From contig JAYPQH010000044.1 in assembly GCA_038131935.1 (NCBI GenBank), forward strand, positions 1-10,028: 10,028 bases of DNA. The letters are read 5' to 3'. The notes under the pieces are model-generated. The model had not been told where the DNA came from. It worked only from the letters and a program-made list of their open reading frames with translations, and did not search any database. The stretch's first letter is position 1; the number at the start of each line of letters is the position of its first letter. This DNA comes from Alphaproteobacteria bacterium. GTDB taxonomy: Bacteria > Pseudomonadota > Alphaproteobacteria > UBA8317. The translations under genes were made by a program, and so were the position numbers. Below are positions 1-8,142 of this stretch, one piece after another.

Positions 1-266
1 ATGGTGGCGTTTACACGAGTCTTTTAGATTCCGTTATGGGGCTTTGTGGTTTTAAATCCAAATCCTTTTCGGGCATACGCAAAGGACTAACCTTGTCCTG
101 CACAGTGAATTTCCATGGTGTGCCCCAAGATGACATTCTTGTAGGGGAAGGCTTTCGCACCGGCGGTGGAAAAAGTATTTATTTCTGCCGTGGTCAAGTC
201 TCTGATGGGCAGGGTCACTTGTTGGCGGAATCAACTGGAACATTCCGATACAGGCAAGGTGCCTAG
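1..266 (+). CDS. PaaI-family (hotdog fold) thioesterase, 5'-truncated by the window edge
   Basis: The frame of ORF 36..266 is open back to the window start and reads (H)GGVYTSLLDSVMGLCG. This is the HGG..xLLD helix motif of PaaI thioesterases. It is followed by TLSCTVNF and ends LLAESTGTFRY, with stop TAG at 264-266. Confidence 0.85.
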   Translation, partial: GGVYTSLLDSVMGLCGFKSKSFSGIRKGLTLSCTVNFHGVPQDDILVGEGFRTGGGKSIYFCRGQVSDGQGHLLAESTGTFRYRQGA

Positions 267-1033
267 CAACCCTTATACTGCCCTTGTCTTTTTTCCACAA
301 ACGCTTGCAAAGCTTCACGGTGATCAGCACTTTTGTGGGACATGCCTTGGTAAACAGCGCACAGATCTAGGAATTCTTTCAATTCCATACGTTGGGCCTG
401 TCGCAATAGTTTTTTGGTATAGCGGACAGATTGTGGTGGTTTGGCCGCAATTTCACGTGCCAGTGTCATGGCCTCACCCATCAAATTTTCATGCGGTACC
501 ATTTTAAGCGCAAGACCCATATCTACGGCCTCAGGAGCCCTTACCCGTCCTGTAAAGCCATACCGCATTTACCGATTAACCGTTAAACAATAAACACCAT
601 CGCCTGAATGATTCCAAGATTGATGAAGGTCTCACCCTAGAGCGTGTTCGGAGGCAATGCAGATTGCCATGCGTTAAATCTACCAGCCCCAATCCAGGGC
701 CATTGACGTGGCAATGATGAATTTCTGCTTCCATCATGGCTAATGGAACCTTTTGATGATGCATTTCGATAAGAACGTTCAATATCACTTTTGCCGTCAA
801 AAAGATACGCTATCAGCATATCTTTGATATTGCCTGCGAAAGCAGTTCGCTCCGTGATGATCATGACAGAACTCTAAATTCTGGTTGGCCCATTGAATAG
901 CATCGCATATATCGTCAGCGAGTCCTGAACCTGTCAACTCATTACGTACATCATCTCTGTCCATGGTGAATACAGCTATCCGTTCTTGTAAAACGATGCG
1001 TGCAGCACGCATTGGCGGAAGTCCCATAGTCAT
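263..1033 (-). CDS. Enoyl-CoA hydratase/isomerase (crotonase) family protein, heavily frameshifted at ~570-870
   Basis: AAGGAG RBS precedes ATG 1033. The N-terminus (IAVFTMDRDDVRNELTG) and C-terminus (ALKMVPHENLMGEAMTLAREIAAKPPQSVRYTKKLL...DHREALQAFVEKR) are intact. Crotonase motif fragments (AF.AG.NIKDM, VNGP.IGAG, GETFINLGII, GDG) are spread over different frames between them. Confidence 0.85.
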
Positions 1034-1073
1034 GATCACTCTCCTTGTGTAACGTTCATGGCCTTATAAAAAA

Positions 1074-1868
1074 TTAGGGGGTTGTCGCTGTAATGCCTCC
1101 ATCAACAACCAACTCTGTCCCTGTGATGTATTTGGCTTTGTCGGACGCTAAGAACAACACAGCATTCGCCACGTCCCAAGATTCACCCATGCGTCCCATG
1201 GGAACTTGGGCATTACGTTTCGCGCGCAGACCGTCCAAGTCTCCGCCTGCATACTTATCTGCCAATCTTTTCATCAATGGCGTGTTCATAAGCCCTGGTA
1301 CCACACAGTTAAGCCGAATATTGTGTGGTGCCTCAATAACAGCGGTGGTTTTTGTCATTTGAACAAGCGCGGCTTTTGATGCTGCATACCCGACCTGTGG
1401 CTTTCCGATATAACGCATTCCAGCAATGGACGAAATATTAACAATGGCACCTGATTGTCTTGCACGCATGCTGGGCAAGACGGCTTTTATGGTTGTAAAC
1501 GCCGTATCTACATTGATAGCAAATTGTTGTTGCCAAGTTTCCATGGACATATCAAAAGGACCTCCTGGCTCAGATTGCCCGACATTATTGACCACAACGT
1601 CAACATATCCATGCCTTGCAATAATGTCCCGCATGGTGGCTGTCATGGCTTCGTGGTTCATGCTGTTTGCTGCCAAGACTTCAATTTTGCCGCCTTCTTT
1701 CGTAATCAACTCAGCTGTTTCTTCCGCAGCTTCTAGATTCACATCGGTTCCAATGACGTGAGCGCCTGCACGTGCAAACAGCATGGCCGTTGCCCGACCA
1801 TTCCCAATACCTTCAGCAATAGAACCGCAACCCGTCACAACAACAATTTTTTTATCAAAATCCGACAT
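1074..1868 (-). CDS. Classical short-chain dehydrogenase/reductase (SDR), likely NAD(H)-dependent
   Basis: Intact 264-aa ORF. It has a Rossmann motif with a small insertion (VVTGCGSIAEGIGNGRA), an acidic residue after beta2 (GTDVN), NNVG, NISS, catalytic YAASK, PG..TP and a C-terminal YITGTELVVDGG. AAGGAG lies upstream. Confidence 0.95.
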   Translation of the reverse strand: MSDFDKKIVVVTGCGSIAEGIGNGRATAMLFARAGAHVIGTDVNLEAAEETAELITKEGGKIEVLAANSMNHEAMTATMRDIIARHGYVDVVVNNVGQSEPGGPFDMSMETWQQQFAINVDTAFTTIKAVLPSMRARQSGAIVNISSIAGMRYIGKPQVGYAASKAALVQMTKTTAVIEAPHNIRLNCVVPGLMNTPLMKRLADKYAGGDLDGLRAKRNAQVPMGRMGESWDVANAVLFLASDKAKYITGTELVVDGGITATTP

Positions 1869-1933
1869 CTTTCATTAATCTCCTTGCGTTATCGCGGTTA
1901 TGTTGAACCTATGTAAAAAAAAAGAAAAGCCCT

Positions 1934-2836
1934 TCATGGAGCAATTTCTGTCCTAAAAAATTTCATGATCGCGTTAACAACGGCATCGGGATCCTCTTCG
2001 GGTAGGTAATGACCTGTGTTAATAGCTTGGGAGGTAACATGCCCATCACAATACTCAGCCCAAATGGCCTGAGCGTCATACCATTGCCCAATCTTTCCTT
2101 TTTCACCCCACATGACATGAAGGTCACAGGTAATGCGATTTTGAGCGGCGCGGTTCTCGCGATCATGCTGTAAATCAATTCCTGCAGCTGCGCGATAATC
2201 TTCGCACATGCCATGAACCATGCCCCAGTCCCTTATAGCCGTTAAATAGTCTTCCAACGCCTGAGGGGCAAAAAAATCACGATCTTTTGGTTCACGATTG
2301 GTATGGGCAAAAAACCATGTTTCAGGGTCAGACATGATCAAATTCTCTGGAAAAGGATGTGGCTGTGCAAACCAAAACCAATGGTAATAACCCAACCCAA
2401 AAGCCATATCAGCACGTTCAAAATGCTCTAATGTAGGAATAATATCCAACAGCATGAGTTTGCGAACATGATTTGGGTGATCGATGGCTAGACGATGAGA
2501 TACCCTACCTCCTCGGTCATGGCCAACCAATAAAAAGCTATCAAAACCAAGGCTTTCCATTAGCTCTATGCAATCAAGTGCCATTTCTCTCTTGGCATAG
2601 GCTGCATGACCCTCTGCATGTGGTGGTTTGTGTGATCCACCGTAGCCACGCAGGTCTGGGCAGACAATATGGAAATGCTTTGACAATTCTGGGCCAACCT
2701 TGTGCCACATTGCGTGGGTTTGTGGGTTGCCGTGAAGTAACAACAACGCAGGGCCATCCCCTCCATGTCGGTAACGTATTTGGCCACGGGGTAGGGATAT
2801 TTGTTGACAGGGGAATTGGGTGAAAAAGTCAGTCAT
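1934..2836 (-). CDS. Alpha/beta hydrolase, fluoroacetate/haloacetate dehalogenase (DehH1/FAcD-like)
   Basis: Motifs LLLHGNPQTHAMWH, PDLRGYG, nucleophile elbow GHDRGGRV, LLDII, YYHWF, CEDYRAA and GHYLPEE match FAcD signatures. Start chosen at ATG 2836 (AGAAAG upstream); GTG 2845 is an alternative. Confidence 0.88.
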   Translation of the reverse strand: MTDFFTQFPCQQISLPRGQIRYRHGGDGPALLLLHGNPQTHAMWHKVGPELSKHFHIVCPDLRGYGGSHKPPHAEGHAAYAKREMALDCIELMESLGFDSFLLVGHDRGGRVSHRLAIDHPNHVRKLMLLDIIPTLEHFERADMAFGLGYYHWFWFAQPHPFPENLIMSDPETWFFAHTNREPKDRDFFAPQALEDYLTAIRDWGMVHGMCEDYRAAAGIDLQHDRENRAAQNRITCDLHVMWGEKGKIGQWYDAQAIWAEYCDGHVTSQAINTGHYLPEEDPDAVVNAIMKFFRTEIAP

Positions 2837-2861
2837 TGAGAGCACTTTCTAAACAATAATG

Positions 2862-3755
2862 CTAAAAATCATACAGGCTTGCGGGATTGTCACGAAGGAC
2901 CAACTGCCAAATTGTTTTGTCAAAACCACATATTGCCCATAATCTTTTCCATTCCAACATCCAATCCACATCGCGAAAACCTTCCTGTTGATGGGCCTGT
3001 GTTGGGTTTTTGCCGCGTTGCAAGCTGTTGGTATGTGGCCAATCACTACCCCAAAGCATTTGGCGAGGAAATCGATGACAGAGTTCTTGAAAGCGTTTCA
3101 AAAAGGCTTCCAATTGATAATGTGGCACGGTTGGGATTCTGCTGGTGAGTTTGATAAAGAGTCGTTCGGTTTGCAGCAAGCAGATGATCCTATCCCAATC
3201 ATCTTGTTGCATAGGTAGGTCGGGTCGAAAGCCTGCAAAGATCATTACAATGGCGGTATGAAGGCTCTGTTTGATCACAAATGTGAGAATATCCTTAGTG
3301 CTTGCAAAAATTTGCGCATGCCACCCAAGACCGTTGAGCATGGTTATCAAACGAATATTTTCCTCTTCGTTGGCATGCCTATCTTGCGAGGTGGCGAGAT
3401 TTATGCGCGCCCCACGCACACCTTTATGATGCCAGTCATCAGCATGTTTCTCTAACTGCTCTAAGGAGCAGACAACGACCATACGTGTTGTCTCATGATA
3501 TCTTTGTAAATGGTGTAAATGAAGACTGTTATCGGTTCCATACACCGATGGTTGAACCAAAATGGTGCGGGAAATTCCAAATTTTTTGCATATTGCTTGA
3601 TATTCAGACCAGCTGGCAGTGCCAGGTGTGTAGACCCTATCGGCAACCATCGGGTATTGGGGCGCATGTTCAAAAACATGCATATGGGTATCACATCCTC
3701 CTTGGGGAACCGGTGGCGGTGATGGTGTGTTTTCCAGCATAGGAAGCTCCATCAT
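2862..3755 (-). CDS. Amidohydrolase_2 family protein (LigI / sugar-acid lactonase-isomerase-like TIM barrel)
   Basis: Motifs CDTHMHVF, VQPSVYGTDN, GVRGARIN, GWHAQ, WGSDWPHT and DNPASLYDF. The start overlaps the upstream gene's stop codon (3752-3755), implying translational coupling. Confidence 0.9.
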   Translation of the reverse strand: MMELPMLENTPSPPPVPQGGCDTHMHVFEHAPQYPMVADRVYTPGTASWSEYQAICKKFGISRTILVQPSVYGTDNSLHLHHLQRYHETTRMVVVCSLEQLEKHADDWHHKGVRGARINLATSQDRHANEEENIRLITMLNGLGWHAQIFASTKDILTFVIKQSLHTAIVMIFAGFRPDLPMQQDDWDRIICLLQTERLFIKLTSRIPTVPHYQLEAFLKRFQELCHRFPRQMLWGSDWPHTNSLQRGKNPTQAHQQEGFRDVDWMLEWKRLWAICGFDKTIWQLVLRDNPASLYDF

Positions 3756-4852
3756 AACAATTCGTTAACGATGGCTTGGGTGTATGCGCTTGTTGTCAAT
3801 TCCCCACCCATATCGGTTGTACGGGTTGCTGGATTTTTTAAGACATTGGCCACAGCGGTCATAATGAAATGACCAGCCTGCATGACAGATTGATCTTGGT
3901 GTCGTTGCCCCAACCATTCCAGCAGCATCCCTGCTGAGAGCATCAAGGATGATGGATTTGCTTTGTTTTGTCCCGCAATATCGGGTGCCGACCCATGCTG
4001 TGCCTGTGCCATGGCTTTGTCATCACCAAGATTGAGTGAGGCCGCAAGCCCAAGACTCCCAGAAAGCTCTGTGGCAAGGTCAGAAAGAATGTCCCCAAAC
4101 ATGTTTGTGGTGACGATAACATCAAATCGCTCAGGGTGGCGAACCAAATGAGCACACATCGCATCGACAATGATCTCTTCTACAACAATCTCAGGATAGT
4201 CTTTCGCTACATGATGGACTTCTTCGAGAAAAAGACCACATCCCAACCTGAGGACATTGGCCTTATGGACCGCGGTAACCTTACCCTGACCACGCCCTGA
4301 GGCTAATCTAAGCCTTGCTGTTTCAAAAGCGGCTTTGGCAATACGATGGCAGCAATGCCGTGTGATACGGCGCATGGAGATCACTGTGTCTTCTGTGGGC
4401 ATAAATTCACCTGATCCGAGAGACATGTTACGATCAGCATAAAATCCCTCAGTGTTTTCACGAAATATCACCATATCTAATTTCTTTTTCAAACGACTCT
4501 CAAAGCCCTCAGGTGTCTCTGCTGGACGAATATTTGCGAAGAGATCCAAGTCTTTTCGCAAGGTTCCTGATGGATTGATTCCTCCTTTTTCCTTCTCAGG
4601 ATAAATATTGTGAGACACGGGGCCTAGGATGATGCCATCGGAAAGCTTGGCTTGTGCAAGAACTTCATCAGGCATCGTGGTACCTTTTGACGAAAGCGCC
4701 TCTAACCCAACTATGTTATGGATAAAAGAGACATGTCCTTTGCTTTTGGTTAGGGCGGCCTCAACAACATCCATGGTAGCGGCACAGATTTCTGGACCTA
4801 TGCCATCGCCTTTTAGAACCAAGATGCTAATGGGGGAGTGGGTGTTGGTCAT
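3752..4852 (-). CDS. Isocitrate/isopropylmalate (beta-decarboxylating) dehydrogenase family, probably not the housekeeping LeuB
   Basis: Motifs GDGIGPE, LRKDLDLFANIRP, RENTEGFY, HKANVL, VDAM, NMFGDILSD and HGSAPDIAG.NKANP. AGGAG RBS lies 6 nt before ATG 4852. Confidence 0.95.
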   Translation of the reverse strand: MTNTHSPISILVLKGDGIGPEICAATMDVVEAALTKSKGHVSFIHNIVGLEALSSKGTTMPDEVLAQAKLSDGIILGPVSHNIYPEKEKGGINPSGTLRKDLDLFANIRPAETPEGFESRLKKKLDMVIFRENTEGFYADRNMSLGSGEFMPTEDTVISMRRITRHCCHRIAKAAFETARLRLASGRGQGKVTAVHKANVLRLGCGLFLEEVHHVAKDYPEIVVEEIIVDAMCAHLVRHPERFDVIVTTNMFGDILSDLATELSGSLGLAASLNLGDDKAMAQAQHGSAPDIAGQNKANPSSLMLSAGMLLEWLGQRHQDQSVMQAGHFIMTAVANVLKNPATRTTDMGGELTTSAYTQAIVNELL

Positions 4853-4861
4853 GGTTAACTC

Positions 4862-5837
4862 CTAGAGTTTTTTGGCAAGTCTAACGGCTGTTTTTCCAGG
4901 AATTAAACGCTTATCTGGCATAATCAAAACAGTAGGATCAAAAGGTGCTTTGTAAATTGTTCCTTGATCTGTTCCGATAAGCTGTCCTTTTGGTAATTCT
5001 CCAAACCTTGCAATCTTTGCAAAGGTAAAATGCTCTGTTTCTACAGTGATGATATCTTGAACATCTAGAAAGTCTTTGGGCCTGCTAGGGGTTTTCAACC
5101 ATTCCGCGCCAAATTCTTCCTCCATAATACCCGTGCAACGAGAAAGCGGACCATGGTTTCAAAGGCTACGTCTTGGGTTCTTTTATCCCAATGTTGGCCA
5201 CATTCTACCAACAATGCATTCTGGCTGCGTTCGGGATCTGAAAAGCTCAAAGTCGCGCAGCCATACCTTCTTTGTGGCCTTGGTCTGTTACGGTGCGCAT
5301 CCCCATATCTACGCTTTGGGCGAGTTGGCGGCCTTTTGCGCACAATCCTGCCATCATAAGGGGGTCACAAGGTTTGTGCATGGAGTGAATATCAAGCAAC
5401 AAATCCACCTCGGCAATCACATGTCGAACTGCCTTGCCACGACATATTTCTGAAGTTTGAGGTCGGTCAGGATCATCCATGGTGCCTGGAGACCAAATCC
5501 TGTTGAAATCTTCATCTACCCAACGTGAAAGGTCCGGATGGGATGGATCATAACTTAAAAAAGCATCCACGTTCATGAACCCAAGGCTCAGCGTTCCAGA
5601 TAGGGGTCTGATATCATTGGTTAAAAGCCAATCTACCACATTGGCTCCACATAATTCATTGCCATGAACAACAGCAGAAATCATGACATGGGGTCCTGCC
5701 TTTTTGGTTGTAAAAGTATGGATATAATCAACGGCTTGTTGACCCCTTCCATCATAACCTTTTTTGTATGCGCTTATGTCTGGGGCAGCAATGTCCACGG
5801 GGTATGGATTGGTTGTTATGAGTCTTGGGTCTACCAT
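4862..5837 (-). CDS. Succinylglutamate desuccinylase/aspartoacylase (AstE/AspA, M14-like Zn deacylase), frameshifted at ~5130-5265
   Basis: GAGGA RBS precedes ATG 5837. HGNE Zn motif, DFNRIW and LLDIHS are in ORF 5247..5837. NALLVECGQHW (catalytic Glu) is in ORF 5095..5343. The C-terminal APFDPTVLIMP is in ORF 4862..5125. The three pieces can be joined by restoring single bases. Confidence 0.85.
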
Positions 5838-6012
5838 ATGAATTCCTCACAAGCTTTGGGTTTTTTACAAATCATCATAAAGTTTAACTCTAGGCAATGG
5901 CACCACATTAGGGCATATTTTCGTTTTACGGTTGTGATTTTTTTCATAAAAATGATGACGATCCACCCCTATCAACAAAATAAAAATCAAACATAACTTG
6001 GAGGTAAATCTC
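5838..6012. promoter_or_regulatory. AT-rich divergent promoter region between the astE-like operon and the Ldh_2 gene
   Basis: Non-coding, A/T-tract-rich gap between head-to-head starts, each with an RBS (GAGGA on minus; GGAGGT at 6000-6005). No exact -35/-10 pair could be assigned. Confidence 0.6.
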
Positions 6013-7068
6013 ATGATCATGGTGCGCGCTGCAGATGAACATGCATTTCTACAGCAGGCTTTTATGCATGTGGGCGTTTCTAAGGAGCATGCCTCAATCG
6101 CAGCCCATTGTTTGTGCCAAGCTGATCTACGAGGCGTACAAACCCATGGGATGACAAGGGTTCCGATCTATGTTGAACGACTTCACAAAGGATGGTTGAA
6201 CAAGGCGCCAAATCTACAGGAAAACAAAGTGAGTGATGTCTGTGTTCAATTAGATGGTGATAATGGTTTGGGTTTTGTCGTTGCAAATCATGCAATGAGT
6301 TGTGGCATAAAGATGGCGCAAGACTATGGTATTGGGCTGGTTGGGGTTCACCATTCAAATCATTTTGGTATGGCAGCCAGTTATCTTCTGCAGGCCGTTG
6401 AAGCAGGAATGATAGCGTTTGTTTTTACAAATGCTTCACCCGCTATGCCACCTTGGGGTGGAAAAAGCCCATTTTTGGGGACCAGCCCCTTCGCTGTTGC
6501 CGCACCATCTGGCCAAGAGGTTCCCTTTTTGCTTGATATGTCACCTGCTGTTGCTGCGAGGGGCAAAATTCGCCTTGCAGAAAAGCGAGGTGAGAGCATA
6601 CCGCTTGGTTATGCTTTGGACGCAGATGGGCAACCCACTACCGATCCCACGGCCGCTTTAGCTGGCGTGGTTCTCCCTATCGGTGGACCAAAGGGATCAG
6701 GTATATCAATGCTGATGGATATCCTTGCAGGTGTTTTCACCGGCGCTGCATTTGCTGGTGATGTAAAGGATCAATACAAAGCACAGCAGAACGAGGCAAA
6801 TGTCGGTCATTTTATGTTGGTCATGCGTCCAGGTTTGTTGATAAGCCAAGAGGCTTTTCTTGAGCGGATGGATGTACTTGTCAAACGGATTAAGGCCAAT
6901 CCTAAAGCCAAGGATGTTGAAGAAATTTATATGCCTGGGGAGCATGAAGCGCGTTTGTGCCAAGAGCGGTTAGAACACGGTATCCCCTTTACAACACAAG
7001 ATTTGGATTTGATGGATTCATTCGCCGATAGCTACGGCTTGCCTCATCTTGTGCGCACTGACTGTTGA
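6013..7068 (+). CDS. Ldh_2 family (malate/L-lactate dehydrogenase-like; AllD/ComC/YbiC group) oxidoreductase
   Basis: Motifs ADLRGVQTHG, DGDNGLG, SNHFGMA, TNASPAMPPWGG, GTSP, LDMS, GGPKGSG and YMPGE. GGAGGT sits 7 nt before ATG 6013, so that start is preferred over TTG 5998. Confidence 0.95.
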   Translation: MIMVRAADEHAFLQQAFMHVGVSKEHASIAAHCLCQADLRGVQTHGMTRVPIYVERLHKGWLNKAPNLQENKVSDVCVQLDGDNGLGFVVANHAMSCGIKMAQDYGIGLVGVHHSNHFGMAASYLLQAVEAGMIAFVFTNASPAMPPWGGKSPFLGTSPFAVAAPSGQEVPFLLDMSPAVAARGKIRLAEKRGESIPLGYALDADGQPTTDPTAALAGVVLPIGGPKGSGISMLMDILAGVFTGAAFAGDVKDQYKAQQNEANVGHFMLVMRPGLLISQEAFLERMDVLVKRIKANPKAKDVEEIYMPGEHEARLCQERLEHGIPFTTQDLDLMDSFADSYGLPHLVRTDC

Positions 7069-7486
7069 TGAAGTGACCTGAAACCTATCGTTGGCTCCAA
7101 ATTTACGTGGATTCTGTAGACCATATCAGACGGATTTGTGACGCATCATCATTTTGATGAGGAGCAGATTTACGGGGGGCATAGGAAATGGCTTGAAAGA
7201 TGGCATATGTATGTCGCTATCATAGGATTGGTGACGTGCGCTTGTAAAAATGAAAGTCTGTCGCGCAGAAAAACGCCAGACGCGACTCGAACAAAAGCTA
7301 AGATCCTGGCGCTCTACGATGTCCTATTTTCATGGATATCTGTCTTCTCTGCGGATCCTGCACAGCGAAACACTCTGATGTTCAAACATTTCATAAAACC
7401 AACATAAGGTATTTTTGACACCCTGTAGCGCCTTAAGGGCATGGAGGATGTCAGAAAATAGAATAGTCTTACCGCAAAATAAGGTT

Positions 7487-8126
7487 TCAACCTATGCCAC
7501 CATGTCTGGCAGACCAAGAAGGGGCATCTCTAAGGAAGTCTTCTAAAATAGATAATTCATGAGGCGGTAGTCTATTTTCCGCACGAGCAAAATTGACAAT
7601 ATCATGGAGGTTTAACAGTCTTTTGACCGTGGCTGTTTGTGGAAAAGTTTCGTATGCAAATATAACAAAAATATCGAGCAATTCTGCTTGAGCAATTTGT
7701 AACCCTTGCGCCATTTTCGTTTTTGTTGCGCCATCGGTGGTCAGATCATCAACCAACAAAGCTTTTGCATTGAGAGGGAAGTATCCTTCAAACTGTGCAA
7801 GTCGGCCAAATCCTCTTCTTGTTTTAAGGGCAACAACGAGCGGAAGATGAAAGCGGTCTGCAACAAGGCTTGCAAAGGGTACCCCTGCCAATTCACAACC
7901 AACGATCATATCGGGTTTTTTTTGGTTAAAAATACGTTCTATATGATCGTATGTTTTTTCCATGATTATATTTCGCGCATCTGGAAATGAGATCATTCTT
8001 TTTAAGTCAATAAAAACAGGGCTTGCCCAACCAGAGGAAAACACAAAGGGCTCACTCTGATGTTTTTATTTTAACAGCATCATGGCGAAGCAACAAATCT
8101 GCAACCAATCCTGCATCGTGATCCAT
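7487..8126 (-). CDS. Orotate phosphoribosyltransferase-like type I PRTase (divergent pyrE paralogue), one frameshift near 8055
   Basis: AAGGA RBS precedes ATG 8126. The first frame gives MDHDAGLVADLLLRHDAVKIKTSE and then shifts to EPFVFSSGWASPVFID. PRPP-binding motif ALLVDDLTTDGAT, GFGR.AQ.EG and the C-terminal WSARHGG are typical of alphaproteobacterial PyrE. Confidence 0.8.
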
Positions 8127-8142
8127 CAACAAATTCCTTATT

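Noticed and set aside
576-1039. ORFs 576..800, 637..864 and 797..1039 as separate genes or programmed frameshifting
   Set aside because: They are fragments of one crotonase gene. The shifts are too many and irregular for recoding, and no slippery-site structure is evident.
1890-1933. U-rich tract after the dehalogenase stop as an intrinsic terminator
   Set aside because: No convincing GC-rich stem precedes the U run on the minus strand.
4862-5837. Ectoine catabolism (DoeB/EutE) assignment for the AstE/AspA gene
   Set aside because: No ectoine hydrolase, DABA aminotransferase or other doe/eut genes are in the window; the family match alone is insufficient.
5873-5881. CATCATAAA matching the right arm of the 9544 palindrome
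   Set aside because: The left arm and GT/AC core are absent, and the match is weak in AT-rich DNA.
5898-5912. TGGCAC as a sigma-54 -24 box
   Set aside because: The -12 position reads TAGG rather than TTGC.
5664-5996. 110-aa + strand ORF across the divergent promoter
   Set aside because: Antisense to the astE-like gene, runs through AT-rich promoter DNA and has no motifs.
7146-7160. TCATCA-TTT-TGATGA hairpin after the Ldh_2 gene
   Set aside because: AT-rich 6-bp stem with no U tail; too weak to call a terminator.
7138-7407. 89-aa ORF (and opposite 67-aa ORF 7314..7517) as real small proteins
   Set aside because: No RBS or recognisable domain beyond the short TetR-like patch reported separately.
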